From assembly GCA_015233495.1 (NCBI GenBank), contig JADFXQ010000002.1, positions 1-34,389 of the forward strand: a stretch of DNA of 34,389 nucleotides. Direction: 5' to 3'. The DNA is from Candidatus Omnitrophota bacterium (GTDB lineage: Bacteria > Omnitrophota > Gorgyraeia > Zapsychrales > Zapsychraceae). The notes beneath the pieces are model-generated. The model ran no database searches. It saw nothing but the letters and a program-made list of their open reading frames with translations, and was not told the origin of the DNA. The position numbers were made by a program, and so were the translations under genes. Positions 16,500-26,691 of this stretch are shown in pieces; the first letter of the stretch is position 1, and every line of letters begins with the position of its first letter.

Positions 16500-17075
16500 A
16501 TGGTTAAAGACGTTTTGAATGAGCGGGAATTTGAATTGATCAATATTCTTGGTCAAGGCTTGGGCGCTAATCAGCGGGATTTGTCGCAGCAAATGCAGCT
16601 CTCCCTCGGCATGGTAAACCTGATCATCCGCCGTTTGATTGCCAAGGGTTATATCCGCATTGAACAACTCAATAAACGCAAAGTGCAATATCTTTTGACT
16701 CCCAAAGGTTTTGCCGAAAAAATGCAAAAATCCATTAAATACACCTTGAAGACAATCAACTCAATTGCTTTTATCCGGGAACATATTAAAAATATGGTTT
16801 TAAATCTCAAGCAAACCGGGTATAAGGATTTTATCATTTTAGGGGATTCGGATTTATCCGTGCTGCTCGAAATGGCATTACGCGAACATTTTTCGCCAGC
16901 CGTACATTTGCGGCGAGTGAAAGAACTGCCTCCGGAAGGTTTTAACGGGATGTTATTGATTTGCAAAGAAGGGTATGAAAACGGGAAATGCCCGCGGACA
17001 AATACGGTAAATGTTTTGGAAGAAATCGCCCGCAGCGGTATGTTCAGTTTAAAAGGGGTGTTGGATGGCAGTTGA
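16500..17075 (+). CDS. MarR-type winged-helix regulator, polysaccharide-locus associated
   Basis: 'NQRDLSQQMQLSLGMVNLIIRRLIAKGYI...YLLTPKGFAEK'. First gene of the glycan cluster. Start uncertain (16458 or 16500). Confidence 0.9.
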   Translation: MVKDVLNEREFELINILGQGLGANQRDLSQQMQLSLGMVNLIIRRLIAKGYIRIEQLNKRKVQYLLTPKGFAEKMQKSIKYTLKTINSIAFIREHIKNMVLNLKQTGYKDFIILGDSDLSVLLEMALREHFSPAVHLRRVKELPPEGFNGMLLICKEGYENGKCPRTNTVNVLEEIARSGMFSLKGVLDGS

Positions 17076-18576
17076 AACGAAAACCGGAGACGCCGAATCC
17101 GGCGGAGAATCGATAGTCTGGATATTTGCGGCAGCCGCGCCGGCGCTAACTCTGCTCTGGGCATTCATTTTGCAAAAATGGTCTTGGGGGCTGATGGATG
17201 ATATTTCTTTGCTGAATCTGCCGGGCAATATTTTTCAGCGGGCTTGGACTATTTATCGCGGTTTTTTGGCCTTCGGAGAGTTGAAGCCGATTTTCGCCCT
17301 GCACGCGGCGGTTTTTTATCAAATTTTCGCGGGTTTCCCGACGGGATTTTACGTGTTTAAATTGCTGGAAACGGTCTTAACTCTGGCCGTATGGGGGTTG
17401 GCAGCGCGGCGTTTGACCGGTCAAAAAATTTCGTTTTACCTTGTGCCGGCCATCGCGCTTTCGTTTCATTATGTTTATGACATTGTTTTTTATTTGTCTT
17501 CGCATGAGATTTATGGGTTGTTTTTTTTGGGGTTGGCAGTATTGTCGTTTTTAAAAAGTATTGGTCCGGCTGCGGCGCCAACCGAGGGGGGAGCCGCTGT
17601 CGTGGTTTGGAGCTGGCCGGCCTGGTGCGCGGGTCTGGTTTATCTGTTTTTGAGTTTTTCGGCCAAAGAAACCTTCGCGCCTTTAGGCGCCGCGGTCGGT
17701 GTATATTATTTGTTTTGGGCTGGGATGTCGCGCCGCGAGAAAGGCGTTTGGCGGATGGCAGCTGCGGGAGTTTTGGTCTTGGCTGCGACCGCCCTCTATA
17801 TCTGGATTTTGTTGCATATCGTGCGGACTGGGTACACAACTTCCTATCATATTTTCGATTTTGCGAAGATCAGCGCCAACGCTTGGGTGTGGATGAAAAA
17901 AGATCTGTTGAACCACGCGCCTTGGCTGGCCGGCGCTTGGATCGTTTGGCGAACGTTCAACCGGAAAAACCCGACGAACCGCGTTTTAGCCAACCTCCCG
18001 CCGGGAGTCAGGGCGGGAATGGTCCTGGGGATTTGTTTTTATCTTTTTTTTCTCGGCGGGCTGCTTCCTTGGAATACCGCGGGATATTACGCCGCGCCCT
18101 TAGGGTTCTTTTTCGCTTTTATTCTGGCTTTGGCCGGCGCGCGACCGCTTGCGGCGCTGCCTTTGCGGCAACAATGTTGGGTAATTTTTGCCGCGCTGTG
18201 TCTTAATCAATTGGTGTGTTTCTATGCTTTGGACCGGGAGATGACTTATCACGCGGATTCGGACCAGCTCATGGCTTGGATCAGCAATAACCCGTCTTTT
18301 GCGGGAAAAAACAATTTGGGCGTTTATTGCAATGGGATGGAAGCGGCAGGCGCGATTCCAATGTTGATCAACCGTTTCGCGGGCCGGGAATTTTTGCCGT
18401 TTCATTATGCCGCTCCCGCCGCTTTGGCGCAAGCGGGAAAAAATTGCGCTTACTATCTTTATAGCCCGCGTTTCGGCAATTTGAATCCGGGTTTTGTTCA
18501 AGGCTGGGAGGCGGCATTCGCGAGCCGGCATTGGACCATGTATCAACGTCCCGTCGATAAAAAGGAGGCGCGGTGA
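17065..18576 (+). CDS. Polytopic membrane protein, probable GT-C-type glycosyltransferase
   Basis: About 11-13 hydrophobic segments; acidic 'MDD' after the first TM; 'KE' motif; followed by a GT2 gene. Confidence 0.55.
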   Translation: MAVETKTGDAESGGESIVWIFAAAAPALTLLWAFILQKWSWGLMDDISLLNLPGNIFQRAWTIYRGFLAFGELKPIFALHAAVFYQIFAGFPTGFYVFKLLETVLTLAVWGLAARRLTGQKISFYLVPAIALSFHYVYDIVFYLSSHEIYGLFFLGLAVLSFLKSIGPAAAPTEGGAAVVVWSWPAWCAGLVYLFLSFSAKETFAPLGAAVGVYYLFWAGMSRREKGVWRMAAAGVLVLAATALYIWILLHIVRTGYTTSYHIFDFAKISANAWVWMKKDLLNHAPWLAGAWIVWRTFNRKNPTNRVLANLPPGVRAGMVLGICFYLFFLGGLLPWNTAGYYAAPLGFFFAFILALAGARPLAALPLRQQCWVIFAALCLNQLVCFYALDREMTYHADSDQLMAWISNNPSFAGKNNLGVYCNGMEAAGAIPMLINRFAGREFLPFHYAAPAALAQAGKNCAYYLYSPRFGNLNPGFVQGWEAAFASRHWTMYQRPVDKKEAR

Positions 18577-19355
18577 TTTATATTGTGCTGCCAATTTATA
18601 ACGAAGCCCGCAACATCCGTCCTTTGATCACGCAGCTGCGCGGTTTATTGGCAGGCCGCTCCTATAAGATCATCGCGGTCAACGATGGCAGCCGGGATGA
18701 GTCCCTGTCGATTTTGCAAGCGATGCGGGCGGAGGATTTGCATATCGAGAGCTCTCTCATCAATATGAATGTCGGCGCGGTTTTTTCCCGGGGCATTCAT
18801 TATGTTTTGACGGATTCCCGGGATGATCAGGATATATTGATCATCATGGAAAGCGATCAGACCAGTGAGATCCAAGTGATCAACCGCTTGGTAGACGCAG
18901 TGCAGTCCGGCGGGCAGGATATTGTGATTGCATCGCGTTATCAGGAACAGGGAGGATATCGGCGTTTTCCGCTGCTGCGGCGGCTTTTTAGTTCGTCGGC
19001 AAACCGGATGATGGGCTATTATTTCCCGATTTCCGGAGCAAGGGATTACACGATTTTTTTCCGGGCGTACCGCGTGGCGGTCTTGAAAATGGCGCAAACT
19101 TACTTTGGGCCGTTTGGTTTGATTCAGTCCAAGGGTTTTGTGGCCAACGCGGAATTGTTGGTGAAGTTGTCTTTATTCACGGACAAGATCGGCGAGGTCC
19201 CGTTTGTTTATGATTACGGAAAAAAATTGGGCAAAAGCAAAATCGGCATACTGCGCACCATCAATGAATATTTTGTCGCGGTTGCTTATTTAAAAAAATT
19301 ATTGCGGCGGGTTCAAGCTTTCCGCCGGGCCGCGGAACAAGCCGAACATATTTGA
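18573..19355 (+). CDS. GT2 polyprenol-phosphate glycosyltransferase-like protein
   Basis: 'LPIYNE', 'VNDGSRD', 'MESD' (DxD variant), 'IASRY'. Confidence 0.88.
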   Translation: MIYIVLPIYNEARNIRPLITQLRGLLAGRSYKIIAVNDGSRDESLSILQAMRAEDLHIESSLINMNVGAVFSRGIHYVLTDSRDDQDILIIMESDQTSEIQVINRLVDAVQSGGQDIVIASRYQEQGGYRRFPLLRRLFSSSANRMMGYYFPISGARDYTIFFRAYRVAVLKMAQTYFGPFGLIQSKGFVANAELLVKLSLFTDKIGEVPFVYDYGKKLGKSKIGILRTINEYFVAVAYLKKLLRRVQAFRRAAEQAEHI

Positions 19356-19364
19356 CGGGGTTTT

Positions 19365-20918
19365 ATGCCAAAACTTTTGTTCATCAATCCTTCTTACAAA
19401 GCCAGTTATGTTTCTCCTACGGCATCGATTCTTGATCCGGTGTTTCCCACGGTGGGACTGTTGTCCTTGGCCGCGGTGGCGGAAAAAGCGGGTTATGAAG
19501 TTGCGATTTTGGATTTGAGTTATCAGATTTATAATTGGCGCGTGGTCGCGGATCGGCTGCGGGATTTTAAGCCGGACATCGTCGGGCTCACCGGCACGAC
19601 ACCGTTGATGAATCAGATCCGGGATATGAGTGTTCTGATCAAAGAGCAATTTCCGCATATTCTTGTCGTGGCTGGCGGGGCGCATGTTTCCGCTTTGCCA
19701 AAGGAGAGTTTGGCCGAATCTTTGCTGGATGTTGTGGTGATGGGAGAGGGGGAAGCGACGCTGGGAGAAATTTGCCAAGGTGTCCCGCTGGAAAAGATCG
19801 CGGGGATCTGTTATCGCGACGCGTCCGGCTTGACGCGTCAAAATCCTTGCCGGGATTTTATCCCGGATTTGGATCAACTGCCGTTTCCTGCTTGGCATTT
19901 GTTTGACGCCCAGGAATATAAAAATAAAATCAGCCGTATTTTGACGCGCCGCGTGCCTTCGTGTATGGTGGAGTTTTCCCGGGGATGTTTGTACACCTGT
20001 GATTTTTGCGCCAGTAAAATCACCATGGGGCATGGTTATCGGAAAAAATCGCCGCAGCGCTGCGCGGCGGAAGTCCGGCGGTTATATGAATACGGCTGGC
20101 GGGAATTCGCTTTAACCGATGATATTTTTACCTCGGATAAGGAATGGGCCAAGGCGGTTTGTCAGGAAATTATTAAAGCCAAATTAGATATCATTTGGAC
20201 GTGCACCAACGGGATCCGCGTTGAATCCGCGGATACCGATCTCTTTCGGCTGATGCGTCAAGCGGGGTGTTACCGGGTTTCTTTTGGTTTGGAATCCGGC
20301 GATGAGTCGGTGTTAAAGGCTTTTGGGAAAGGCGGGGCCGCCACCCTTGCTCAGGGAAAATCCGCGGTGCAAAAAGCCAAAAAAGCCGGGTTAGACGTGA
20401 GCGGATTTTTTCTTTTGGGTTTGTCGCCGGACACGGAAGACAGTATGCGCAAGACCATTGAATACGCCAGCCGTTTGCCTTTGGATATGCTGAAATTTGG
20501 GATCGCGATCGGGTTTCCCGGCACCCGGATGTTTTACGAATACCAAGCCAAGGGGTTGATCAAATCATTCGATTGGGAAGATTATAATGTTTACACGACG
20601 CGGGGATTGTTCGCGCATCCGAATTTAAAATTCGAAACTGTGCAGGAATATGTGGCGCAGGCTTATCAAAAGGTGATTTTTGGCAATCCGGGTTTTATCC
20701 TCCGGCGGATTTTTCACAGCCTGTTGAGCGGCGACCTTTATTGGGACGGGTATTATGGCCTGAAGTTGGCACTGGCGCATCTGTTCCCGCGGCCGCAGCA
20801 AGCCGCGCAATATTACGCGCCCGACCGCTGGCCGAAATATGATTTTTTTCAGGCAAAAATGACTGCCGCGGAATTTCGCAAAGTAAAGACGGCTGTCCCT
20901 GCTTTAAACCAAGGCTGA
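19365..20918 (+). CDS. B12-binding radical SAM protein
   Basis: 'GGAHVS', 'GEGE', 'SRGCLYTCDFC', 'DDIF', 'FGLESG'. Confidence 0.93.
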   Translation: MPKLLFINPSYKASYVSPTASILDPVFPTVGLLSLAAVAEKAGYEVAILDLSYQIYNWRVVADRLRDFKPDIVGLTGTTPLMNQIRDMSVLIKEQFPHILVVAGGAHVSALPKESLAESLLDVVVMGEGEATLGEICQGVPLEKIAGICYRDASGLTRQNPCRDFIPDLDQLPFPAWHLFDAQEYKNKISRILTRRVPSCMVEFSRGCLYTCDFCASKITMGHGYRKKSPQRCAAEVRRLYEYGWREFALTDDIFTSDKEWAKAVCQEIIKAKLDIIWTCTNGIRVESADTDLFRLMRQAGCYRVSFGLESGDESVLKAFGKGGAATLAQGKSAVQKAKKAGLDVSGFFLLGLSPDTEDSMRKTIEYASRLPLDMLKFGIAIGFPGTRMFYEYQAKGLIKSFDWEDYNVYTTRGLFAHPNLKFETVQEYVAQAYQKVIFGNPGFILRRIFHSLLSGDLYWDGYYGLKLALAHLFPRPQQAAQYYAPDRWPKYDFFQAKMTAAEFRKVKTAVPALNQG

Positions 20919-20930
20919 GCAAAGGACCTT

Positions 20931-21782
20931 ATGCCAGGCGTAAAAAAATTGATCGTAAACGCGGATGATTTTGGGTTGAGCCGCGGCGTAAACCGCGGTA
21001 TTATGACCTGTTATCATTCGGGCATTGTGCGCAGCGCTTCTTTGATGGCCAACGGCCGGGCATTCGACGATGCGGTGGCGGCGGCGCGGGATGTTCCGGG
21101 ATTGGGGGTCGGGGCGCACCTGAATGTTGTAAGAGGACGGCCGATAGCCAAAGCAGATTTTATTCCGCATATTGTGCGCGAAGGGCGGTTTTTTTTGACG
21201 GGCGCGGTCTTGGCTTTGCGATGTTCTAGAACTATGCTGGCGGAAATTGAGACGGAATACCGGGCGCAGATTGAAAAAATTTTGCAAGCCAACGTCAAGA
21301 TCACGCATTTAGACGGCGAGAAACATCATCATTGTTTTCCGCCTTTATTTGAGCGGGTTCTGCGGTTGGCGGAAGAATACGCGATTCCGGCAGTTCGGTT
21401 GGCGAAAGAGACGCCGCGTTTGTCCGCGGGGATAAAAGTTTTTCAGACATTGCCGTTATGGGCTTGCGCCGGGTTTAATCAAAGACAGCTGCGGCGATCC
21501 GCAGCGCGCAGCGCTGATTTTCAACAAGGCATTCATTTGACCGGCCGGATGAACCGGGAACAGGTGCGCGATATTCTGCGGACTTTGCCGCCGGGCGTGA
21601 CGGAGTTGTGCTGCCATCCCGGTTATGTGGATGAGTCGCATCAGCAGGATATTCAGGATCAGGGCCGGTTTTATATTGACGCGACGCGGGAAGCGGAGTT
21701 GCGCGTCTTAACGGACGAGGCAATTCAGCAGGAAGTGACGCGGCTCAATATTCAACTCATCAATTACGCGGGCCTGAATTGA
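20931..21782 (+). CDS. ChbG/HpnK/YdjC-family carbohydrate deacetylase
   Basis: 'NADDFG', 'GAHLN', 'THLDGEKHHH', 'ELCCHPG'. Confidence 0.92.
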   Translation: MPGVKKLIVNADDFGLSRGVNRGIMTCYHSGIVRSASLMANGRAFDDAVAAARDVPGLGVGAHLNVVRGRPIAKADFIPHIVREGRFFLTGAVLALRCSRTMLAEIETEYRAQIEKILQANVKITHLDGEKHHHCFPPLFERVLRLAEEYAIPAVRLAKETPRLSAGIKVFQTLPLWACAGFNQRQLRRSAARSADFQQGIHLTGRMNREQVRDILRTLPPGVTELCCHPGYVDESHQQDIQDQGRFYIDATREAELRVLTDEAIQQEVTRLNIQLINYAGLN

Positions 21783-21827
21783 CGGACCGGGTCATGGCCC
21801 AGAGATTTTTTAACAGACAGGACTAAT

Positions 21828-21974
21828 ATGCGAACCGAGGAAAAGCAAAATTGTCTGGGAAAGTTTGCGGCTTTTATTAAAATCTTGCGAGAGAAGCTCA
21901 GCCGTTGGGTTGCCAAGCCGCAAAAGCCGGACAGTCGGAATGAACCTCCGAAAAACATTTATCCGCTGTGGTGA
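21828..21974 (+). CDS. Unannotated 48-aa peptide ending NIYPLW
   Basis: CAGGA RBS then ATG21828. Reads MRTEEKQNCLGKFAAFIKILREKLSRWVAKPQKPDSRNEPPKNIYPLW*. Stops 4 nt before the next ATG. Confidence 0.65.
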   Translation: MRTEEKQNCLGKFAAFIKILREKLSRWVAKPQKPDSRNEPPKNIYPLW

Positions 21975-21978
21975 AAAA

Positions 21979-23151
21979 ATGGATGAACATGATTTGCCGA
22001 GTCAGATTGCGCGTCTTTCACCGTCGATAAAATATCACGGGGTCTATCGGAACAGCGGATCCTGGCGCGATTTCCGGGTGGGCAACGCGCTTTTTCCTTT
22101 TGATCCGATTTATGGACACCGTTTGGCCAAGAATGCCGCCCTTTTTTTGCGGCGCAGCCGGACCAGCGGCGATCTTTGCGTGACGGACGCGGATGGGTTT
22201 GTGCCGAATGAGCTTCCCGGGACAGCGGCCCGGCAAAGGATCGCGGCAGCCAAACGCGCCAACCAGAAAGTGATTTTGGTTTATGGCGGATCCACGATTT
22301 TTGGTTATGGCGCCGGACTGCCGGAGCAAACTATCCCGGCCCATTTGGAGCGCTGTTTAAATGCGCAATACGGTTTTCCCTGTATTGTCGTGAATTGCGG
22401 GAATATTCTGTACGCGACTGATCAGCAGGTTTTATATTTACTGGAGGAAGGTTTGGAGCTTAAGCCGGATATTGTGATTTTTTATGATGGGTGGAATGAT
22501 AATGATTTTTTAAACGGCATGCTCACTTATCACGGCGCGGATTACGTGCCGGGCCGGGCGCGCCAGTCGTACCGGATGATCGAGCGGCAACAGACGCTTA
22601 TGTATTTTTTTCCGGCTTTCCGGCAGGTTCTTAAGTTGGGATTCCGCCTTTTGGTGGAAACGATGGAAGCTCTGCCTTTTTTTGGATGGCGCGGCATGAT
22701 GGCTTTGAACCGTTGGTGCCGGTCGTTTTTTTTTCATCCTTTGACCGGGGAATACACGGCCACAGAGTATCAACCGCGTTCAGTTGAGCGTTATGCTTAC
22801 AATATTCTGACCGCGGCCGCGCTTTGCCGGACCTGGGAGGTCGATTTTTTGCATTTTACGCAGCCGATTTTATTGCTTGCGGGTAAATCCCAAACTAAGG
22901 AGGAACAGAGTTTTATCGCGGGATTCAATTCGGAGTATTGCGCGATGACCCGCAATTTTTTTTCTGGTTATATCCGTCGGGATTTTCCGTTTGCGGCAGA
23001 ATTTGCCCGTCAAGTTCGGCAGGACCATGATTTGTCAGGTGTTTTTAATCAAACTGCGGAATCCGTGTTTATTGATCCGGGGCATCTGAACGGCCGGGGG
23101 AACGCGATTGTGGCGCAAGCGATCGCCGATCATTTAGTTAAACGAGGATAA
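21979..23151 (+). CDS. SGNH/GDSL hydrolase-family protein
   Basis: 'YGGSTIFG', 'VVNCG', 'YDGWND', 'FIDPGHLN...GNAIVA'. Start taken as ATG21979. Confidence 0.85.
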   Translation: MDEHDLPSQIARLSPSIKYHGVYRNSGSWRDFRVGNALFPFDPIYGHRLAKNAALFLRRSRTSGDLCVTDADGFVPNELPGTAARQRIAAAKRANQKVILVYGGSTIFGYGAGLPEQTIPAHLERCLNAQYGFPCIVVNCGNILYATDQQVLYLLEEGLELKPDIVIFYDGWNDNDFLNGMLTYHGADYVPGRARQSYRMIERQQTLMYFFPAFRQVLKLGFRLLVETMEALPFFGWRGMMALNRWCRSFFFHPLTGEYTATEYQPRSVERYAYNILTAAALCRTWEVDFLHFTQPILLLAGKSQTKEEQSFIAGFNSEYCAMTRNFFSGYIRRDFPFAAEFARQVRQDHDLSGVFNQTAESVFIDPGHLNGRGNAIVAQAIADHLVKRG

Positions 23152-23174
23152 TTTTTTTTTAACGGAGATCCGTT

Positions 23175-24143
23175 ATGAATGACGAACGATTTGATTTGAG
23201 CGTAATTGTGACGTTTTATAATGAACAGGACATCGCGCGGCAATTTCATGAGGCTTTGCTGCAGTCGCTGCTTAAAATTAAAAGTCGCTGCGAAGTGATT
23301 TACGTTAATGACGGGAGCCGGGACCAGACTCTGCCGATATTAAAGGAATTGATCGCGGCCAGCCCTGTCCCGGCGCGTTTGCTGGAATTGCGGCGCAATT
23401 ACGGTCAGACGGCGGGACTGCAAGCCGGGTTTGATCATGCCCGGGGCGCGGTGATCATCGCGATGGACGGCGATTTGCAGCATGATCCGGCGGAAATTCC
23501 GCGTTTTTTGGAAAAGATCGCCGAGGGATACGATGTGGTCAGCGGATGGAGAGAGAAGCGGATTGACAATTTTTTCATCCGGCGGCTGCCTTCTTTATTG
23601 GCGAACCGTTTTATGGCCGCGGTTTCCGGGATTGAATTGCATGATTTTGGCACCACTTTTAAGGCGTATCGCTCCGAGATCGTTCAAGATATCAATTTAT
23701 ACGGCGATCTCCACCGGTTTATCCCGGTGCTCGCGGCGCAAGTCGGAGCGCGGATCTGCGAGATCCCGATAAAAAATATTGTCCGGCCGAAAGGCAAATC
23801 CAAATACGGTTTGTCCCGCACTGCCCGAGTATTTTTTGACATTATGACTTTGGCGTTTTTTATGTCGTATTCGACCCGGCCGATGCATTTTTGGGGACGG
23901 TTAGGGCTGTTATTTTTTATGGCAGGCAGCGGGTTATTGTCTTATATCGTTTTGGATTATGTGATTTGGCACAATGATTTTCGCGGGACCATGCAATTGG
24001 CAGTAATGTTGACCATCATGGGGATTCAGTTTTTTGCCACCGGATTGATTTTGGAATATTTGACCCGGATCCATTACGAAGCGACGGATAAAAAAATATA
24101 TGCCGTGCGTCAGATTTATAAGAATGCCGCGGTCAAAAGTTAG
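23175..24143 (+). CDS. GT2 ArnC/GtrB-like undecaprenyl-phosphate glycosyltransferase
   Basis: 'VNDGSRD', 'RNYGQTA', 'MDGDLQHDP', 'HRFIP', two C-terminal TMs. Confidence 0.93.
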   Translation: MNDERFDLSVIVTFYNEQDIARQFHEALLQSLLKIKSRCEVIYVNDGSRDQTLPILKELIAASPVPARLLELRRNYGQTAGLQAGFDHARGAVIIAMDGDLQHDPAEIPRFLEKIAEGYDVVSGWREKRIDNFFIRRLPSLLANRFMAAVSGIELHDFGTTFKAYRSEIVQDINLYGDLHRFIPVLAAQVGARICEIPIKNIVRPKGKSKYGLSRTARVFFDIMTLAFFMSYSTRPMHFWGRLGLLFFMAGSGLLSYIVLDYVIWHNDFRGTMQLAVMLTIMGIQFFATGLILEYLTRIHYEATDKKIYAVRQIYKNAAVKS

Positions 24144-24185
24144 TTTTTCCCCCGGAGAGACCGGGTTATCGCGACAGGCGGATTT

Positions 24186-26063
24186 ATGTGCGGGATAGCG
24201 GGAGTCTTTTTTCATGAGGCGCGTCCGGATACGGCGGACATCATTGCCCGGATGTGCGCGGCGATCCGGCATCGCGGCCCGGATGACGCGGGGCAGTTTG
24301 TCGTCGAATCGGCCGGGGTCGGGATGCGCCGCCTGAGTATTATTGATTTGGCCAACGGTCAGCAGCCGATGTTTTCTCCCGACAAACGGTATGTCATCGT
24401 CTATAATGGTGAACTTTATAATTACCCCGAAATTCAAGCGCGGCTCATCGCGGAAGGCCAAACTTTTGCGACGCGTTCGGACACGGAAGTGGTTTTAAAG
24501 GCTTTTTTGCGGTATGGGGAAGAGTGCTTAAATTTGTTTAATGGGATGTACGCTTTTGCCATATATGACCAGCGCCGCCGGGAGTTTTTTTTGGCCCGCG
24601 ACCGTTTGGGAGTTAAACCGCTTTATTATTCGACCTTGGCCGGCAGGGGATTCGCTTTCGCGTCCGAATTGAAGGCTTTATTGACAGTGCCGGGATTTGA
24701 CCGGGCGGTCGACGAGACGGCCTTGAATCAATTTTTTGTATTTGAATATATCCCCCAGCCGCGTTCGATTTATCAAGCGGCGCGCAAAGTTCCGGCGGCA
24801 GCTTGGCTGCGTTTTTCACCGGCGGATGGCGTAACCACCCGGGTTTATTGGGAGATTGATATCCATGCCGCGGAAATCCGCGACCCGCTCGAAGCGGAAG
24901 ATCATATCCGGGATTTGATGCGTTCGGCAGTGCGGTACCGTTTAGTCAGCGATGTCCCGGTGGGGTTATTTTTAAGCGGGGGCATGGATTCGAGCATTAT
25001 TGCCGCGGTTATGCGCGACGCGATGGCTCCGGCGAAACCGTTGTCTTTTTCCATTGCTTTTGCTCAGAAATCGTATGACGAATCTCCCTACGCGCAGTTG
25101 ATGGCGGATTATTTGGGATTAGAACATGAATCGTCTATTTTAAGTGAAGACAATATTGTGTCCATGATTCCGGAAATTTATTCCGGCTTGGATGAGCCTT
25201 TAGCCGACGCCTCGGTGATTCCGACTTTTTTGGTTTCGCAACAGGCGCGGCGGTTTTTAAAAGTCGCGCTTTCCGGAGACGGAGGGGATGAATTATTTTT
25301 GGGGTATGACACCTACCGGGCGCATCAATATCGGTCTTTTTTTCAATGGATGCCGCCGGCGGTATGTCAAGCCGTAGGGAATATGCTTAATGTTTTTCCG
25401 CCTTCCGACAAAAATTTGAGTTGGGAGTTTAAGGCAAAGAAGTTTTTTAACGCGGTCAAGCAACCGGCGGACATCGCGAATGTTTTATGGTGGGGGGCAT
25501 ATTCTTATGCCGGTCTCGGCGAACTGTTCGTATCCGGAGCGCGGAATTTCGAAGAGGTTTTTGAGCCGGTTTTGCGGCTGCGGGATAAACTGAAAGGCGC
25601 GGATGTTTTAAAACAAATAAGTTATCTGGATGTCCATTTGTATTTGCGGGACAATTTGCTTCCTAAAGTCGACCGCACGAGCATGGCGAACTCTTTGGAA
25701 GTGCGCAACCCGTTTTTGGATTACCGTTTGGCGGAATACGCGTTCCGATTGCCTTCGTCCTGGAAATTGCGCCGCGGTATCGGGAAATATATTTTACGCC
25801 GGGCGTATCAACACGCCTTGCCGAAACAAATTTTAGCCCGGCGGAAAAAAGGGTTTGATATTCCGTTGACGCCTTGGCTGCGCGGGCGTCTGCGGCCTTT
25901 ATTGCGAGAAAATTTATCCCGAACCGTTTTGGAGCAAAACGGGCGGTTTAACCGCGGAAAAATTCAAACTTTGATCGACGAGCATTGTGCCGGCAAACGG
26001 AACCACCGGCAATTGTTATGGCCGCTGTTAACGTATCATTTATGGCAAAAAAAATTCGGTTAA
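24186..26063 (+). CDS. asnB: Glutamine-hydrolysing asparagine synthetase-family amidotransferase
   Basis: 'MCGIAG', 'HRGPD', 'NGELYN', 'LSGGMDSS', 'SGDGGDE', 'KVDRTSM'. Confidence 0.95.
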   Translation: MCGIAGVFFHEARPDTADIIARMCAAIRHRGPDDAGQFVVESAGVGMRRLSIIDLANGQQPMFSPDKRYVIVYNGELYNYPEIQARLIAEGQTFATRSDTEVVLKAFLRYGEECLNLFNGMYAFAIYDQRRREFFLARDRLGVKPLYYSTLAGRGFAFASELKALLTVPGFDRAVDETALNQFFVFEYIPQPRSIYQAARKVPAAAWLRFSPADGVTTRVYWEIDIHAAEIRDPLEAEDHIRDLMRSAVRYRLVSDVPVGLFLSGGMDSSIIAAVMRDAMAPAKPLSFSIAFAQKSYDESPYAQLMADYLGLEHESSILSEDNIVSMIPEIYSGLDEPLADASVIPTFLVSQQARRFLKVALSGDGGDELFLGYDTYRAHQYRSFFQWMPPAVCQAVGNMLNVFPPSDKNLSWEFKAKKFFNAVKQPADIANVLWWGAYSYAGLGELFVSGARNFEEVFEPVLRLRDKLKGADVLKQISYLDVHLYLRDNLLPKVDRTSMANSLEVRNPFLDYRLAEYAFRLPSSWKLRRGIGKYILRRAYQHALPKQILARRKKGFDIPLTPWLRGRLRPLLRENLSRTVLEQNGRFNRGKIQTLIDEHCAGKRNHRQLLWPLLTYHLWQKKFG

Positions 26064-26067
26064 CGAC

Positions 26068-26691
26068 ATGAACATCATTTTAGAAAATCAGCGTTCGGTA
26101 TCCGCCGCGAATGCCGACACTGCGGTTTTTGCCCGGGTCATTCGGGAAGCGGGGGTAAAAAATTTTTTGGATATGGGGACCGGCACAGGATATATCGCGA
26201 TTTATTTGGCCAAACACGGCATCCCGGTTGCCGCGTGCGACCTTTCGGCAGCGGCGGTCGATTTGGCCCGCAAGAATGTCCGGCGTAATGGCGTGACCGT
26301 GCCGGTATATCAATCGGATATGTTTTCCAACCTCAAGGGGACTTTCGAATCCGTGGGATTTAATGTGCCGTTTTCCCTGGGCTGCAAGGCTTTTCTGCCG
26401 GAGGGGTTAAAGGCCGCGTTGCGCCGCGTTTCCTGGATCAATGATTATTTGGTTTGGCATATTCCTCCGGCGATTTTAGCTCAGAGAGAGACAATGATCA
26501 GCCGGTTTTTGCGGGAGAGCGTACCGTTTTTGGACAAGTCAGGAAGGATATTTTTGCTTTTGTACCGTCCGGAAATCGAATTTGTTGCGCGGGAAGGAAG
26601 CCGTTTCGGGTTTGAATTCTCCCCTCGGGAAGCGGTAGAATTGGGCCCCCGCAACATGGTTGTGGCGCAGCTGCGCCGGGGAACGCAATGA
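26068..26691 (+). CDS. Class I SAM-dependent methyltransferase (HemK-like)
   Basis: 'LDMGTGTG', 'SDMFS', and 'FNVPF' in place of NPPY. Confidence 0.85.
   Translation: MNIILENQRSVSAANADTAVFARVIREAGVKNFLDMGTGTGYIAIYLAKHGIPVAACDLSAAAVDLARKNVRRNGVTVPVYQSDMFSNLKGTFESVGFNVPFSLGCKAFLPEGLKAALRRVSWINDYLVWHIPPAILAQRETMISRFLRESVPFLDKSGRIFLLLYRPEIEFVAREGSRFGFEFSPREAVELGPRNMVVAQLRRGTQ

Noticed and set aside
21865..21978. Upstream starts for the SGNH gene
   Set aside because: This space is better explained by the 48-aa ORF, and ATG21979 follows its stop directly.
24186..26063. Lasso peptide cyclase
   Set aside because: It keeps a full N-terminal Cys glutaminase domain, and there is no B1/B2 protein or lasso-type precursor.
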